Below, piece by piece: positions 31,001 through 45,310 of a stretch of DNA of 64,000 bases. The stretch's first letter is position 1. Each line of letters begins with the position of its first letter. The stretch is from the human T2T-CHM13v2.0 reference genome, Homo sapiens: the NCBI RefSeq assembly GCF_009914755.1, contig NC_060936.1. One strand, given 5' to 3'. Made by a program: the position numbers and the translations under genes. The notes beneath the pieces were generated by a model that was not told where the DNA came from, did no database searches, and saw only the letters and a program-made list of their open reading frames with translations.

Positions 31001-34000
31001 GTTCTTCTCTGAAGATAATTCCTTTTCCAATATAGGCTTCAATTTGCTCCAAAATATCCCTTTGCATATTCTACAAAACAGTGTTTCCAAACTCTTCCAT
31101 CAAAAGAAAGATTTACCTCTGTGAGATGAATGCCGTCATCAGAAAACAGTTTCTCATAATGCTTCTTTCCAGTTTTTATCTTAATATATATCCTTCTTCA
31201 CCATAGGTCTTTTTGTGCTACCAAAATGGTTTTGCAGATTATATGAAAACAGTGTTTCCAAACTGCTCAGTTAAATGAAAAGTTTACCTCTGTGAGATGA
31301 ATGACTACATCACAAAGAAGTTTCTCAAACAGCTTCTTTCTAGTTTTTATCTAAAGATATTTCATTTTTTAACATAGGCATCAGTGTGCTCCAAAATATC
31401 CCTTTGCAGGTTCTACAAAAACAGTTTTTCCAAACTGCTCAATCAAAAGAAATGTTTAACTCTGTGAGAAGAATGCACACATCAAGAAGTGGTTTCCAGA
31501 AAGCTTCTTTCTAGTCTTGATCTGAAGTTATTTCCTTTTTCACCACAGGCCCAGTGAATGCCCAACTATCCCTTTGCAGATTCTACAAAAACAGTATTTC
31601 CAATCTGATCAATCAAAAGAAAGTTTTAACTCTGTGAGATGAATGCACACATCACAAAGCAGTTTCTCAAAATGCTTCTTCTTAGTTTTTATCTGAAGAT
31701 ATTTCCTTTTTCACCATAGACTTCAATGTATTCTGAAATATTCCTCTGCAGATTCTACAGTAACTGTGATTCTGAACAGCTCAGTCTAAAGAAACTTTTA
31801 ACTCCGTAAGAGGGATGCATATATCAAAAAACAGTTTCTCGGAAAGTTTCTGTATGGTTATTCTCAGAAGATATCTCCATTTCCATGCATGGGCCTCAAT
31901 GTGCTCCAAAATATCCCTTTGTAGATTCTACAGAAACAGTCTTTCCAAACTGTTCCATCAAAAGGACGACTTAAGTCTGTGAAATGAATGCACACATCAG
32001 AAAGCAGTTTTCCATAACGCTTCTTTCCTGTTTTTATCTAAAAGATATTTCCTTTTTCACTTTAGGCCTCTTTGCACTACTTAATATCACTTCGCACATT
32101 ATACAAAAACAGTTTTTCCAAAATGCTCTATCAAAAGGAAGTTTTAACTCTGTGAGGTGAATGCACACATCCCAAAGCAGTGTCACAAAAGCTTATTTCT
32201 AATTTTTATCCAAAGGTATTTCCTTCATCACAGTAGGCTTCAATGAGCTCCCAAATATCCCATCACAGATTCTACAAAAACAGTGTTTCCAAACTGCTCA
32301 CTCAAAAAACAGGTTTAACTCTGTGAGTTGGAAGCACACATCACAAAGCAGTTTCTCAAAAAGCTTCTTTCTAGTTTTCATCTGAAGATATTCCCTTTTT
32401 CACTATAGGTCTCAGTGCACTCCCAAATATACCTTTGCAAATTTTACAAAAACAGTCTTTCCAAACTGCTCAATGAACAGAAACGTTTAACTCTGTGAGA
32501 TGAATGCACACATCACAAAGCAATTTCTCAGAAAACTTCTGTCTAGTTCTTTGCTGAAACTATTTCCTTTTCCACCATAGGCCTCAGTGCACTCTGAAAT
32601 ATACCTTTGCATATTCTACAAAAGCAGTGTTTCCAAACTGCTTAATCAAAAGGAAGTTTTAACTCTGTGAGATGAATACACACATGGAAAAGGAGTTTCT
32701 CATAATGCTTATTTCCACTTTTTATCTGACGATATTTCCTAGTTTACCATAGGCTTTTTGGCAGTACCTAATTTCACTTAACAGCTTTTGCTAAAATAGT
32801 GTTTCCAAACTGCTCAGTCAAAAGAAATGTTTAACTCTTTGAGATGAATGCACACATCACCAAGCTGTTTCGTAAAAAGCTTCTCTCTAGTTTTATCCAA
32901 AGATATTTCCTTTTTCACCATAGGCCTTGTGCACACCCAAATATCCCATTGCAGATTCTACAACAACAGTGTTTCCAAAACGTTCAATGAAAAGAAAGTT
33001 TGAACTCCTTGAGATGAATGCACGCTTCACATAGCAGTTTCTCAAAAGGCTTCTTTCTGTTTTTATCCAAAGATATGTCCTTTTTCACCATAGGAATCAA
33101 TGCTCTCCCAAATATACCTTCCTATATTATACAAAAAGAGTGATTCCAAACTGCTCAATCAAAAGAAGAGTTTAACTTTGTGAGATGAATGCACACATCA
33201 CAAAGCAGGTTCTCAGAAAACTTCTGTCTACTTCTTCTCTGAAGATATTTCCTTTTCCAATACAGGCTTAATACTCTCCCAAATATCCCTTCACAGATTC
33301 TACCAAAACAGTGTTTCCAAACAGTTGCAAGAAAGCAAGGACTTAACTGTGAGATGAACACACACATAACAAAGCAGCTTCTCAGAAAGCTTCTTTCTAG
33401 TTTTTGTCTGAAGTTATTTCCTTTTTCACCATTGTCTTCATGAGCTTGCAAACATTACTTCACATATTATACAAAAACAGTGTTTCCAAATTGCTCCATC
33501 AAAAGAAAAGTTTAACTCTGTGAGATGAATGCATACATCTCAAAGCAGTTTCTCAAAAAGGCTAGCTCTGCTTTTCATCTGAAGATATTTCCTTTTTCAC
33601 CATAGGCATCAATGCGCTCCCACATATCCCTTTGCAGATTCTACAAAACCAATGTTTCCAAACTGTTCAATCAAAAGAAACGTTTAACTCTGTGAGAAGA
33701 ATGCACACATCACAAAGCAGTTTCTCAGAGAGCTGCTTTCTAGTTTTAATCTGAGGTTATTTCATTTTACATCTTAGGCCTGGTATACTCCCAAATATTT
33801 TTTGCAGAATCTACAAAAACAGTGTTTCCAAACAGATCAATCAAAAGAAAGGTTTAATTATGAGAGATGAATGCACGCATCAGAAAGCAGTTTCTCAAAA
33901 AACATCTTTCTAGTTTTTATCCGAAGATATTTACTTTTTCAACATAGGTTTCAATGCTTTCCCAAATATCCCTTTGCAGATTCATCAAAAACAGTGTTTC

Positions 34001-36068
34001 CTAACTGCTCAATCAAAAGGAAAGTTTAACTTAGTGAGATGAATGCAGACATCACATAGCAGTTTCTCAGAAAGCTTCTGCCTACTTCTCTGAAGATATT
34101 TCCTTTTCCACCATAGGCCTCCGTGTGCTCCCAAATATCCATTTCCAGATTCTACAAAAACAGTGTTTCCAAACTGTTCCATTGAAGAAGGACTTATCTC
34201 TGTGAGATGAATGCAAACATCAGAAATCAGTTTCTCTTAATGCTTCTTTCAAATTTTTATCAGCAGATATTTCCTTTATAAACATATACTTTTTTCTTCT
34301 GCATAATATGGCTTCACAAATTCTACAGAAAGAGTGTTTCCAAAATGCTCAGTCAAACAGGTTTAACGCTGTCAGATGAATGCATATAGGACAAAGCTGC
34401 TACTCAAAAAACCACTTTCTAGTTTATAACCAAAGATAATTCCTTTTTCACCAAATTCCTAACTGCACTTTAAATTATCCCATTACAGAGTTTACAAAAA
34501 GGGTGTTTCCAAACTGCTCAATCAAAAAACAGGTTTAACTCTGTGAGTTGAATACAGACATCACAAAGCAGTTTCTCAAAAAGCTTTTTTCTAGTTTTTA
34601 TCCGAAGACATTTCCTTTTTCACCATAAACGTAGTGGACTCCCAAATATCTTTTCACTGATTCTACAAAAACAGCATTTGAAAATTGCTCAATAAAAAAC
34701 AAGTTAACGTCTGTGAGATGAAAGCACACATATCAACCAGTTTCTTAAAAAGCTTCTGTCTTATTTTTATCCGAAGATATTTCCTTTTTCACCCTAGGCC
34801 TCAATGTGCTCCCAAATATACCTTTGCAGATTCTACAAAAACAGTGTTTCTAAAGTGCTCTATTGAAAGAAAGGTTTAACTATCTGAGATGAATGCACAC
34901 ATAACAAAGCAGTTTCTCAAAAAGGTTCTTTCAAGTTTTTATCCAATGATATTTCCTTTTTCATCATAGGCTTCAATGCACTCCCAAATATCACTTCACA
35001 GATTCTACAAAAGCAGTGTTTCCAAAAGGCTCTTTCAAGGGAAAGTGAACTCTTTGAGATGAATGCATACATCACAAAGCAGTTTCTCAGAGTGCTTCTG
35101 TCTAGTTTTAGTCTGACGATAATTTGTTTTCCACCATAGGCCTCAATGCACTGCCAAATATCCCTTTGCAGATTCTACAAAAACTGTTTCCAAAGTGTTC
35201 CATGAAAAGAAGGACTTAATTCTCTGAGATGAATGCACACCTCATGAAGCAGTTTGGCAGATAGCTTCTGTCTAGTTCTTCTTTGAAGATATTTCCTTTT
35301 TGACCATAGGCCTCAATGTGCTCCCAAATATCCCTTCACAGGTTCTACAAAGACAGTGTTTCCAAACGGTTCCAATAAAAGAAGGACTTAACTCTGTGAG
35401 ATGAACTCACACATCTTAGAACAGTTTCTCATAACGCTTCTTTACAGGTTTTATCTGAAGATATTTTCTTTTTCACCATAGGGTTTTTTGCGCTACTTAA
35501 TATTGCCACATGGATTTTGCAAAAACAGGTTTTCCAAACTGCTCTATCAAAAGAAAGGTTTAACTCTGTGAGATGAATGTACACATCAAAAAGAAGTTTC
35601 TCAAAAACCTTCTTTCTAGTTTTTATCCAATGGTATTCCCTTTTCCACCATAGGCATCCTGCAATCCCAAATTTCCCTTAGCAGATTCTACAAAAAAAAG
35701 TTTCCAAATGGTTCCATCAAAAGAAGGACTTTGTGAGATGCACCCACACATTAGAAAGCAGTTTCTCATAATGCTTCTTTCCAGTTTTTGTCTGAATATA
35801 TTTCCATTTTCAGCATAGGGTTTTTGTGCTACCATATATTGGTTCACAGATTTTGCAAAAACACTGTTTCCAAGCTACTCAGTCAAAAGCAGGGTTTGAC
35901 ACCATGAGATGAATGCAATTATCACAAAGCAGTGTCTCCATAAGATTCTTTCAGGTTTTTACCTGAAGATATTTCCTGTGTCATCATAGGCTTCAATATG
36001 CTATGAAATATAATATCACAGATTCTACAAAAACAGTTTCCAAACTGCTCAATCAAATAACAGGTTTA
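25043..36068 (-). repeat. Alpha-satellite block B, opposite orientation, more diverged family
   Basis: Reverse-complement monomers with AAAACAGTGTTTCC, TTTTATCTGAAG, GTTCTTCTCTGAAG, GTTCCATCAAAAGAAGGACTTAAC and CTCATAATGCTTCTTTCCAG. Confidence 0.96.
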
Positions 36069-36374
36069 TCTAGAAAGACTATTTCCAAAGAGTAGAACTT
36101 TGAAGAATCTGCAAAGGGAAATTTCTTGCAAATTCTGAGTGGTTAGATGCCTATGGTGGAAAAGGAAATATCTTCACATAAAAACTAGACAAAACTTTCT
36201 CAAAAAATTCTTTGTAAAGTGAGCATTCATCTCACATAGTTGAACCTTTCTATTGATTGAGCAGTTTGGAGACAGACTTTTTGTAGAATCTGCAAAGGGA
36301 TATTTCTGAGGGGTTTGAGGCCTATGGAAAAAAGGAAATATCTTCACATATAAACTAGACAGAAGGTTTCTGAG
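36069..36374 (+). repeat. Short inverted alpha-satellite island (~1.7 monomers, block-C type) preceded by a patchwork junction
   Basis: 36099-36374 reads in + orientation (GAATCTGCAAAGGGA...CCTATGGTGGAAAAGGAAATATCTTCACATAAAAACTAGAC) between two - blocks; TATTTCTGAGGGGTTTGAGG resembles the reverse complement of the block C variant CCTCAAACCGCTCAGAAATA. Confidence 0.92.
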
Positions 36375-39300
36375 CTATTTCCTTTTTCAACTTAGGCCTC
36401 TAACCGCTCAGAAATATCACTTTGCAGATTCTGGAAAAAGACTGTTTCCAAACTGCTCAATGAAAAGAAAGGTTCAACTCTGTGAGATGAATGAACACAT
36501 CACAAAGAAGATTCTCAGAAAGCTTCTGTCTAGATTTTATGTGAAGATATTTCCTTTTTCTCCATAGGCCTCATACATTCCAAACATACCTTTTCAGATT
36601 CTACAAAAAGACTGTTTCCAAACTGCTTAATCAAAAGAAAGGTTCAACTCTGAGAGACGAATGAACACATCACAAAGAAGTTTCTCAGAAAGATTCTTTC
36701 TAGCTTTTCTGTGAAGATATTTCCTTTTTCACCATAGGCCTCAAAGCACCCTCAAATGTCCCCATGCAGATTCTACAAAAAGACTGTTTCCAAACTGCTC
36801 AATCAAAAGAAAGGTACAACTCTGTGAGTTCAATGCACACATCACAAAGACGTTTCTCAGAAAGCTTCTGTCTAGTTTTTATGTGAAGATATTTCCTTTT
36901 CCACCATAGACGTCAAAGCGCCATCAAGTATCCCTTGCAGATTCTACAAAAAGATTGTTTCCAAACTGCTCAATAAAAAAAAAATATTCAGCTCTGTGAG
37001 TTGAATGCACACATCACAAATAGTTTCTCAGAAAGATTCCATCTAGTTTTTAAGTGAAGATATTTCTTTTTTCACCCTAGGCCTGAAACCACTTAGAAAT
37101 ATCCCATTGCAGATTCTACAAAATACTGTTTCAAAACTGCTCACTCAAAAGAAAAGTTCAAGTCTGTGAGATGAATGCACACATCACAAGGAAGTTTCTC
37201 AGAAAGCTTCAGTCTGGTTTTTATGTGAGGATATTTCCTTTTTCACCATAGGCTTCAAAGGGATCCCAAATATCCCTTTGCAGATTCTACAAAAAGACTG
37301 TTTCCAAACTGCTCAATCAAAAGAAAGATTCAAATCTGCGAGATGAATGTACACATTACTGAGAATTTTGTGAGAAAGCATCTGTATAGTATTTATGTGA
37401 AGATATTTCCTTTTTCACCATAGGCCTCAAAGGGCCGCAAATATCCCTTTGCAGATTCTAGAAAAGACTGCTTCCAAACTGCTCAATCAAAAGAAAGGTT
37501 CAACTCTCAGAGACGAGTGCACACATCACAAAGAAGTTGCTCAGAAAGCTTCTGTCTAGATATTATGTGAAGATATTTCCTTTTTCACCGTAGGCCTCAA
37601 ACCGCTTGGATATATCCCTTTGCAGATTCTAGAAAAAGACTGTTTCCAAACTCCTCGAAATCAAAAAAATGATTCAACTCTGTGAGATGAATGCACTCAT
37701 CATAAAGAAGTTTCTCAGAAACTTCTCTCTAGATTTTATGTGAAGATATTTCCTTTTTCACCATAGGCCACAAAGGACTCTAAAATGTCTCTTGCACATT
37801 CTGCAGAGAGACTGTTTCCTAACTGCTCAAACAAAAGAAAGGTTCAACTCTGTGAGATGAATACACACATCACAAATAATTTTCTCAGAAAGCTTCAGTA
37901 TAGGTTTTATGTGAAGATATTTCCTTTTTTTCCATAGGCCTCAAACCACTCAGATATATCCCTTTACAGATTCTAGAAAAAGACTGTTTCCAAACTGCTC
38001 AATCAAAAGAAAGTTTCAATTCTGTGAGATGAATGCACACATCACAAAGAAGTTTCTCAGAAAGCTTCTGTCTAGATTTTATGTGAAGATATTTCCTTTT
38101 TCAAAATAGGCCTCAAAGGGATCCCAAATATCCCCTTGCAGATTCTACAAAGAGACTGTTTCAAAACTGCTCAATCAAAAGAAGGCTTCAACTCTGTGAG
38201 ATGAATGCAAGCATCACAATGAAGTTTCTCAGAAATCTTCTGTCTAATTTTTATGTGAGGATATTTCCTTTTTTAAAATAGGAATCAAATTGCTCTCAAA
38301 TATCACTCTGCAGATTCTAGAAAAAGATGGTTTCCAAACTGCTCAATCAAAAGAAGGCTTCAACTCTGTGAGATGAATGCACTCATCACAAAGAACTTTC
38401 TCAGAAAGATTCAGTCTAGATATTACGTGAAGATATTTCCTTTTTCAACACAGGCCTCAAAGGGCTCCCAAGCATCCCTTTGCAGATTCTACAAAAAGAG
38501 TGTTTCCAAACTGCTCAATCAAAAGAAACGTTCAACTCTGAGAGACAAATGCACACATGACAAAGAAGTTCCTCAGAAAGCTTCTGTCTTGTTTTTCTGT
38601 GAAGATATTTCCTTTTTCACCATAGACCTCAAAGCGACCTCAAATGTCCCTGTGTAGATCCTAGAAAAAGACAGTTTCCAAACTGCTCAATCCAAAGAAA
38701 GTTTCAACTATGGAGGTCAATGCACACATGGCAAAGGAGTTTCTCAGAAAACTTCTGTCTGGTTTTTATGAGAAGATATTTCCTTTTTCACCATAGGCCT
38801 CAAACTGCTCAGAAATATCCCTTTGCAGATTCTAGAAAAATAATGTTTCCAAACTGCTCAATCAAAAGAAATATTCAACACTGTGAGATGAATGCACACG
38901 TCACAACAAATTTTCTCAGAAAGCTTCCAACTAGTTTTTATGTGAAGATATTTCCTTTTTCACCTTAAAACTTGAACTGGACACAGATATCTCTCTACAG
39001 ATAGTACAAAAAGATTGTTTCTAAACTGGTCAATCAAAAGTAAAACACAAGTCTCTGAGCTGAATCCACACATCACAAAGAAGTTTCTCAGAAAGCTTCT
39101 GTCTAGGTTTTATGTGGAGATATTCCCTTTTTCACCATAGGCCTCAAAGGGATCCCAAATATCCCTTTGCAGATTCTGTAAAAAGACGGTTCCTCTTTCC
39201 AAACAGTTCAATCAAAAGAAAGGTTCAAATTTTTGAGTTGAGTGCAAACATCACAAGGATGTTTCTCAGAAAGATTCTGTCTAGTTTTTATGTGAAGATA

Positions 39301-42300
39301 TTTCCTTTTTCACCATAGACCTCAAAGTGCTCAGAAATGTCCCTTTGAAGATTCTAGAAAATGACTATTTCCAAACTGCTCAATCAAAAGAAAGATTCAA
39401 CTCTGTGAGATGAATGCACTCATCACAAAGAAATTTCTCAGAAAGCTTCTATCTAGTTTTTATGTGAAGATATTTCCTTTTTCACCATGGGCCTCAAAGG
39501 GCTCCGAAATACCCCTTTACAGATTCTACAAAAAGGCCGTTTCCTAACTGCTCAATCGAAAGAAAGGTTCATCCCTGTGAGATGAATGCACACATCACAA
39601 AGAATTTTCTAAGAAAGCTTCTGTCTAGTTTTAATGTGAAGATATTTCCTTTTTCACCACAGGCCTGAAACTGCTCAGAAATATCCCTTTGCAGATTCTA
39701 GAAAAAGACTGTTTTCAAACTGCTCAATCAAAAGTAAGTTTCAACACTGTGAGATGAATGCACACATCACAATGAAGTTTCTCAGAAAGCTTCTGTCTAG
39801 TTTTTATGTGAAGATATTTCCTTTTTCAAAATAGGCCTCAAAGTGCCCTCTAATATCCCTTTGCAGATTCTAGAAAAAGACTCTTTCCAAACTGGTCAAT
39901 CAAAAGAAAGTTTCAACTCTGTCAGATGAATGCACACATTACAAAGAACGTTCTCAGAAAGCTTCTGTCTAGTTTTTATGTGAAGATATTTCCTTTTTCA
40001 CCATGGGACTCAAAGGGCTCCCAAATAACCTTTTGCAGATTCTACAAAAAGACTGTTCACTAACTGCTCAATCAAAAGAAAGGTTCATCTGTGTGAGGTG
40101 AATGCACACATCACAAACAATTTTCTGAGAAAGCTTCTGTCTAGTTTTAATGTGAAGATATTTCCTTTTTCACCATAGGCCTGAAACTGCTCAGAAATAT
40201 CCCTTTGCAGATTCAAGAAAAAGACTGTTTTCAAACTGCTGAATCAAAAGTAAGTTTCAACACTGTGAGATGAATGCACACATCACAATGAAGTTTCTCA
40301 GAAAGTTTCTGTCTAGTTTTTATGTGAAGATATTTCCTTTTTCAAAATAGGTCTCAAAGCACCCTCTAGTATCCCTTTGCAGTTTCTAGAAAAAGACTGT
40401 TTCCAAACTGCTCAATCAAAAGAAAGGTTCAACTCTGTGAGATGAATGCACACATCACAAAGAAGTTTCTCAGAAAGCTGCTATCTATTTTCTATGGAAA
40501 GATAATTCCTTGTTCACCATAGGCCTGAAACCGCTCAGAAATATCCCTTTGCAGATTCTATAGAAAGATGATTTCCAAACTACTCATTCAAAAGAAACGT
40601 TCAAATCTGTGAGATGAATGCACACCATTCCAAAGAATTTTCTGAGAATGCCTCTGTCTAGTTTTTATGTGAAGATATTTCCTTTTCCACCGTAGGCACC
40701 AAACCACTCAGAAATATCCCTTTGCAGATTATACAAAAAGACTGTATCCAAACTGCTGAATTAATAGAAAGATTCTACTCTGTGAGATGAATGCACACAT
40801 CACAAAGAATTTTCTGAGAAATCTTCTGTCTATTTTTTATATGAAGATATTCCTTTTTCTCCTTATGCCTCAAACCACTTGGAAACATCACTTTGCAGAT
40901 TTTGGAAGAAGACTGTTCAACTCAGTGAGATGAATGCACATACCAAAAAGAACTTTCTCAGAAAGTTTCTGTCTGGATTTAACGTGAAGATATTTCTTTT
41001 TTCACCACAGACCATAAAGGACTCCCAAACATCCCTTTTCAGATTCTACAAAAATACTGTTTAAAAACTCCTCTATCAAAAGAAAGGTTCAACTCTGAGG
41101 GATGAATGCACACATCACAAAGAAGTTAGTCAGAAAGTTTCTTTGTATTTTTTATGTGAACATATATCCTTCTTCACCATAGGTCTCAAAGCGCCCTCAA
41201 ATGTCCTGATGCACATTCTACAAAGATGTTTCCAAGCTGCTGAAACAAAAGAAAGGTTCAGTTCTGTGAGATGAATGCACACATCACAAAGAAGTTTCTC
41301 AGAAAGCTTCTATCTAATTTTTATGTGAAGATATTTCCTTTCTCACCATAGGCCTCAAACCACTCAGAAATATCCCTTTGCAGATTCTAGAAAAAGACTG
41401 TTTTCAAATGGCTCAATCAACAGAACAGTTCAACTCTGTGAGATGAGTGCACACAACACAAAGAATTTTCTGAGAAATCTTCTGTCTAGTTTTTATATGA
41501 AGATATTCCTTTTTTCACCGTAAGTACCAAAATGCTCAGAAATACCCCTTTGCAGATTCTAGAAAAAGACAGTTTGCTATCTGCTCAATCAAAAGAAAGA
41601 TTCAACATGATGATTTGAATACACACTTCACAAAGAAGTTTCTCAGAAACCTTCTGTCTAGTTTTTATGTGAACATATTTCCTTTTTCACCATAGGCCTC
41701 AAACGGCTGAAAAATATCACTTTGCAGATTGTAGAAAAACACTGTTTCCAAACTGCTCAATCAAAAGAAAGTTTCAACTCTGTGAGATGAATGCACATTT
41801 CACAGAAATGTTTTTCAGAAAGCTTCTGTCTAGGTTTTATGTGAAGATAATCCTTTTTCACCATAGGCCTCAAACAGCTCAGAAGTATTCCTTTGCAGAT
41901 ACCAGAAAAGCACTGTTTCCAAACTGCTTAATCAAAAGAAAGTTTCAACACTATGAGATGCTTGCACACATCATGAAGACTTTTCTCAGAATGCTTCTGT
42001 CTAGTTTTTATGTGAAGATATTTCCTTTTTCACTGTAGTCCTCAAACTGCTGAAAATTATTCCTTTGCCAATTCCAGAAAAAGACTTTTTCCAAACTGCT
42101 CCATCAAAAGAAAATTTGAGCTCTGTGAGATGAATGCACGCTTCAGAAAGAAGTTTCTCAGAAAGCTTCTGTCTAGTTTTTATGTTAATATGTTCCCTTT
42201 TTCACCATAGGCGTTAAAGGGCTCCAAAATATCCCACTGCAGATTCTACAAAAAGAGTCTTTACAAACTGCTCAATCAAATGAAAGGTTCAAATCTCTGA

Positions 42301-45250
42301 GTCGAATGCAAGCATCATTATGACATATCTCAGAAAGCTTCTGTCTAGTTTTTATGTGAAGATATTTCCTTTTTCAAAATAGGAATCAAAGTGCCCTCAA
42401 ATATCCCTTTGAAGACTCTATAAAAAGACTGTTTCCAAACTGCTCAATCAAAAGAAAGGTTCAATTTTGTGAGATGAATTCACGCACCACAATGAAGTTT
42501 GTCAGAATGCTTCTGCACAGTTTTTATGTGAAGATATTTACTTTTTCACCGTAGGCCTCAAACCCCTCAGAAATATCCCTTTGCAGATTCTACAAAAAGA
42601 CTGTTTCTGTTTCAAAACTGCTTAATCAAAAGAAAGTTTCAAATCTGTGAGATGAATGCACACATCACAAAGAGGTTTCTTAGAAAGTTTCTGTCTGTTT
42701 TTTTTTGTGAAGATATTTCCATTTTCACCTTAGGCCTCAAATCGCTCAGCCTCATCACTTTGCGGACTCTGGAAAAAGATTGTTTCCAAACTGCTCAATC
42801 AAAAGATAGGTTCAACTCTATGAAATGAATGCACACATCACAAAGAAGTTTCTCAGAAATCTTCTGTCTAGATATTATATGAAGATATTTCCTTTTTCAC
42901 TACAGGCCTCAAAGGGCTCCCAAACATGCCTTTGCAAATTCTACAAAAAGACTGTTTCCAAACTGCTCAATCAAAAGAAAGTTTCAACTCTGAGAGAAGA
43001 ATGGACACATCACAAAGAAGTTTCTCAAAAAGCTTCTGTCTAGTTTTTATGTGAAGATATTTCCTTTTCCACCATAGGACTTAAAGCACCCTCAAATGTC
43101 CCATGCAGATTCTACAAAAAGATTGTTTCCAAACTGCTCAATCAAACGAAGTTTCAACTCTGTGAGTTCAATGCACACATCACAAAGAATTTCTCAGAAA
43201 GCCTCAGTTTTATGTGTAGATGTTTCCCTTTTCACCACCATCCTCAAGCCACTCTGAAATATCCCTTTGCAGATTGTAGAAAAAGACAGTTTCCAAACTG
43301 CTCAATCAAAGGAAAGATTCAACACTGTGAGATGAATGCATACATCACAAATAATTTTCTCAGAAAGCTTCCATCTAGTTTTTATGGGAAGATATTTCCT
43401 TTTTCACCATAGACCTCAAAACACTCGGATATATCCCTTTGAAAATTCTAGAAAAAGAATGTTTCCAAACTGCTCAATCAAAAGAAACTTTCAATTCTGT
43501 GTGATGAATGCACACATCACAAAGAAGTTTCTCAGAAAGATTCTGTATAGGTTTTATGTGAAGATAATCCCTTTTTCACCACAGGCCTCAAAGGGATCCC
43601 AAATATCCTTTTGCAGATTATATAAAAACACTGTTTCCAACCTGCTGAATCAATAGAAAGATTCTACACTGTGAGATGAATGCACACATCTCAAGGAATT
43701 TTCTGAGAAATCTTCTGTCTAATTTTTATGTGAAGATATTCCCTTTTTCACCTTATGCCTCAAGCCACTAGGAAATATCACTTTGCAGATTGTGGAAAAA
43801 GACAGTTTCCAAACTGATCAAGGAAAAGAAAGGTTCAACTCTGTGAGATGAATGCTCACATAACAAAGAAGTTTCTCAGTAAGCTTCTGTCTGGATTTAG
43901 CCTGAAGATATTTCCTTTCTCACCACAGGCCTCCAAGGGCTCCAAAACATCCCTTTTCAGATTCTACAAAACGACTTTTTAAAAACTCCTCAATCAAAAG
44001 AAATGTTCAACTCTGAGAGATGAATGCACACATCACAAAGGAGTTTCTCAGAAAGTTTCTTCCTAGTTTTTATGTGAAGATATATCCTTTTTCACCATAG
44101 ACCTCAAGGCACCCTCAAATGTCCCTGTGCAGATTCTACAAAAAGACTGTTTCCAAACTGCTCAATCAAAAGAAATTTTCAGCTCTGTGAATGGAATGCA
44201 CACATGTCAAAGAAGTTTCTCACAAAGTTTCTGTCTAGTTATTATGTGAAGATATTTCCTTTTTCACAATAGGCATCAAACTGCTCAGAAATATCCCTTT
44301 GCAGATTCTAGAAAAAGACTGTTTCCAAACTGCACAATCAAAATAAAGATTCAACTCTGTGAGATGAATGAAAGCATCACAGTGAAGTTTCTCAGAAAGC
44401 TTCTGTCTAATTTTTATGTGAAGATATTTCCTTTTTCAAAATAGGAATCAAATCACCCTCAAATATCCCTCTGCAAATTCTACAAAAAGTCTATTTCCTA
44501 GCTGCTCAATCAAAATAAAGTTTCAACTCTGTGAGATGAGTGCACGCATCACAATGAATTTTCTCAGAAAACTTCTGTTTAGTTTTTAAGTGAAGATATT
44601 CCCTTTTTCAAAATAGGTATCAAAGCAACCTCTAATATCTCTTTGAAGATTCAAGAAAAAGACTGTTTCCAAGCTGCTCAATCAAAAGAAATTTTGAACT
44701 CTGTGAGATGAATGCACACATCACAGAGGGTTCTCAGAAAGTTTCTGTCTAGTTTTTCTGTGAAGATATTTCCTTGTTCACCATAGGACGCAAACCACTC
44801 AAAAATATCCCTTTGCAGACCCCTCAAAAAGACTGTTTCCAAACTGCTCAATCAAAAGAAAGGTTCAAATCTGTGAGATGAATGCACACATCACAAGGAA
44901 TTTTCTGAGAAAACTTCTGTCTCGTTTTTATGTGAAGATATTTTGTTTTTCACCATAGGCCTCAAAGGGATCCCAGATATCCATTTGCAGATTCTACTAA
45001 AAGACTCTTTCCAAACTGCTCAATCAAAAGAAAGTTTCAACTCCATGAAATGAATTCACACATCATAAAGAAGTTTCTCAGAAAGTTTCTGTCAAGTTTT
45101 CATATGAAGATATTTCCTTTTTCACCATAGGCATCAAACAGCTCACAAACATCCATTTGCAGATTCTACAAAAAAACTGTTTCCAAACTGCACAATCAGA
45201 AGAATGGCATAATTCTGTGAGATGAATGCACACATCACAAAGAAGTCTCT
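36375..45250 (-). repeat. Alpha-satellite block C (left part), comparatively homogeneous family
   Basis: Diagnostic AAAAAGACTGTTTCC, AAGAAGTTTCTCAGAAAGCTTCTGTCTAGTTTTTATGTGAAG and AAACCGCTCAGAAATATC, distinct from B/D. Confidence 0.96.
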
Positions 45251-45310
45251 TTTTTTTTTTGGAAGGGGATGCACAATTTATTTATTTATGCTTAATTTTT
45301 AATTTAATTT

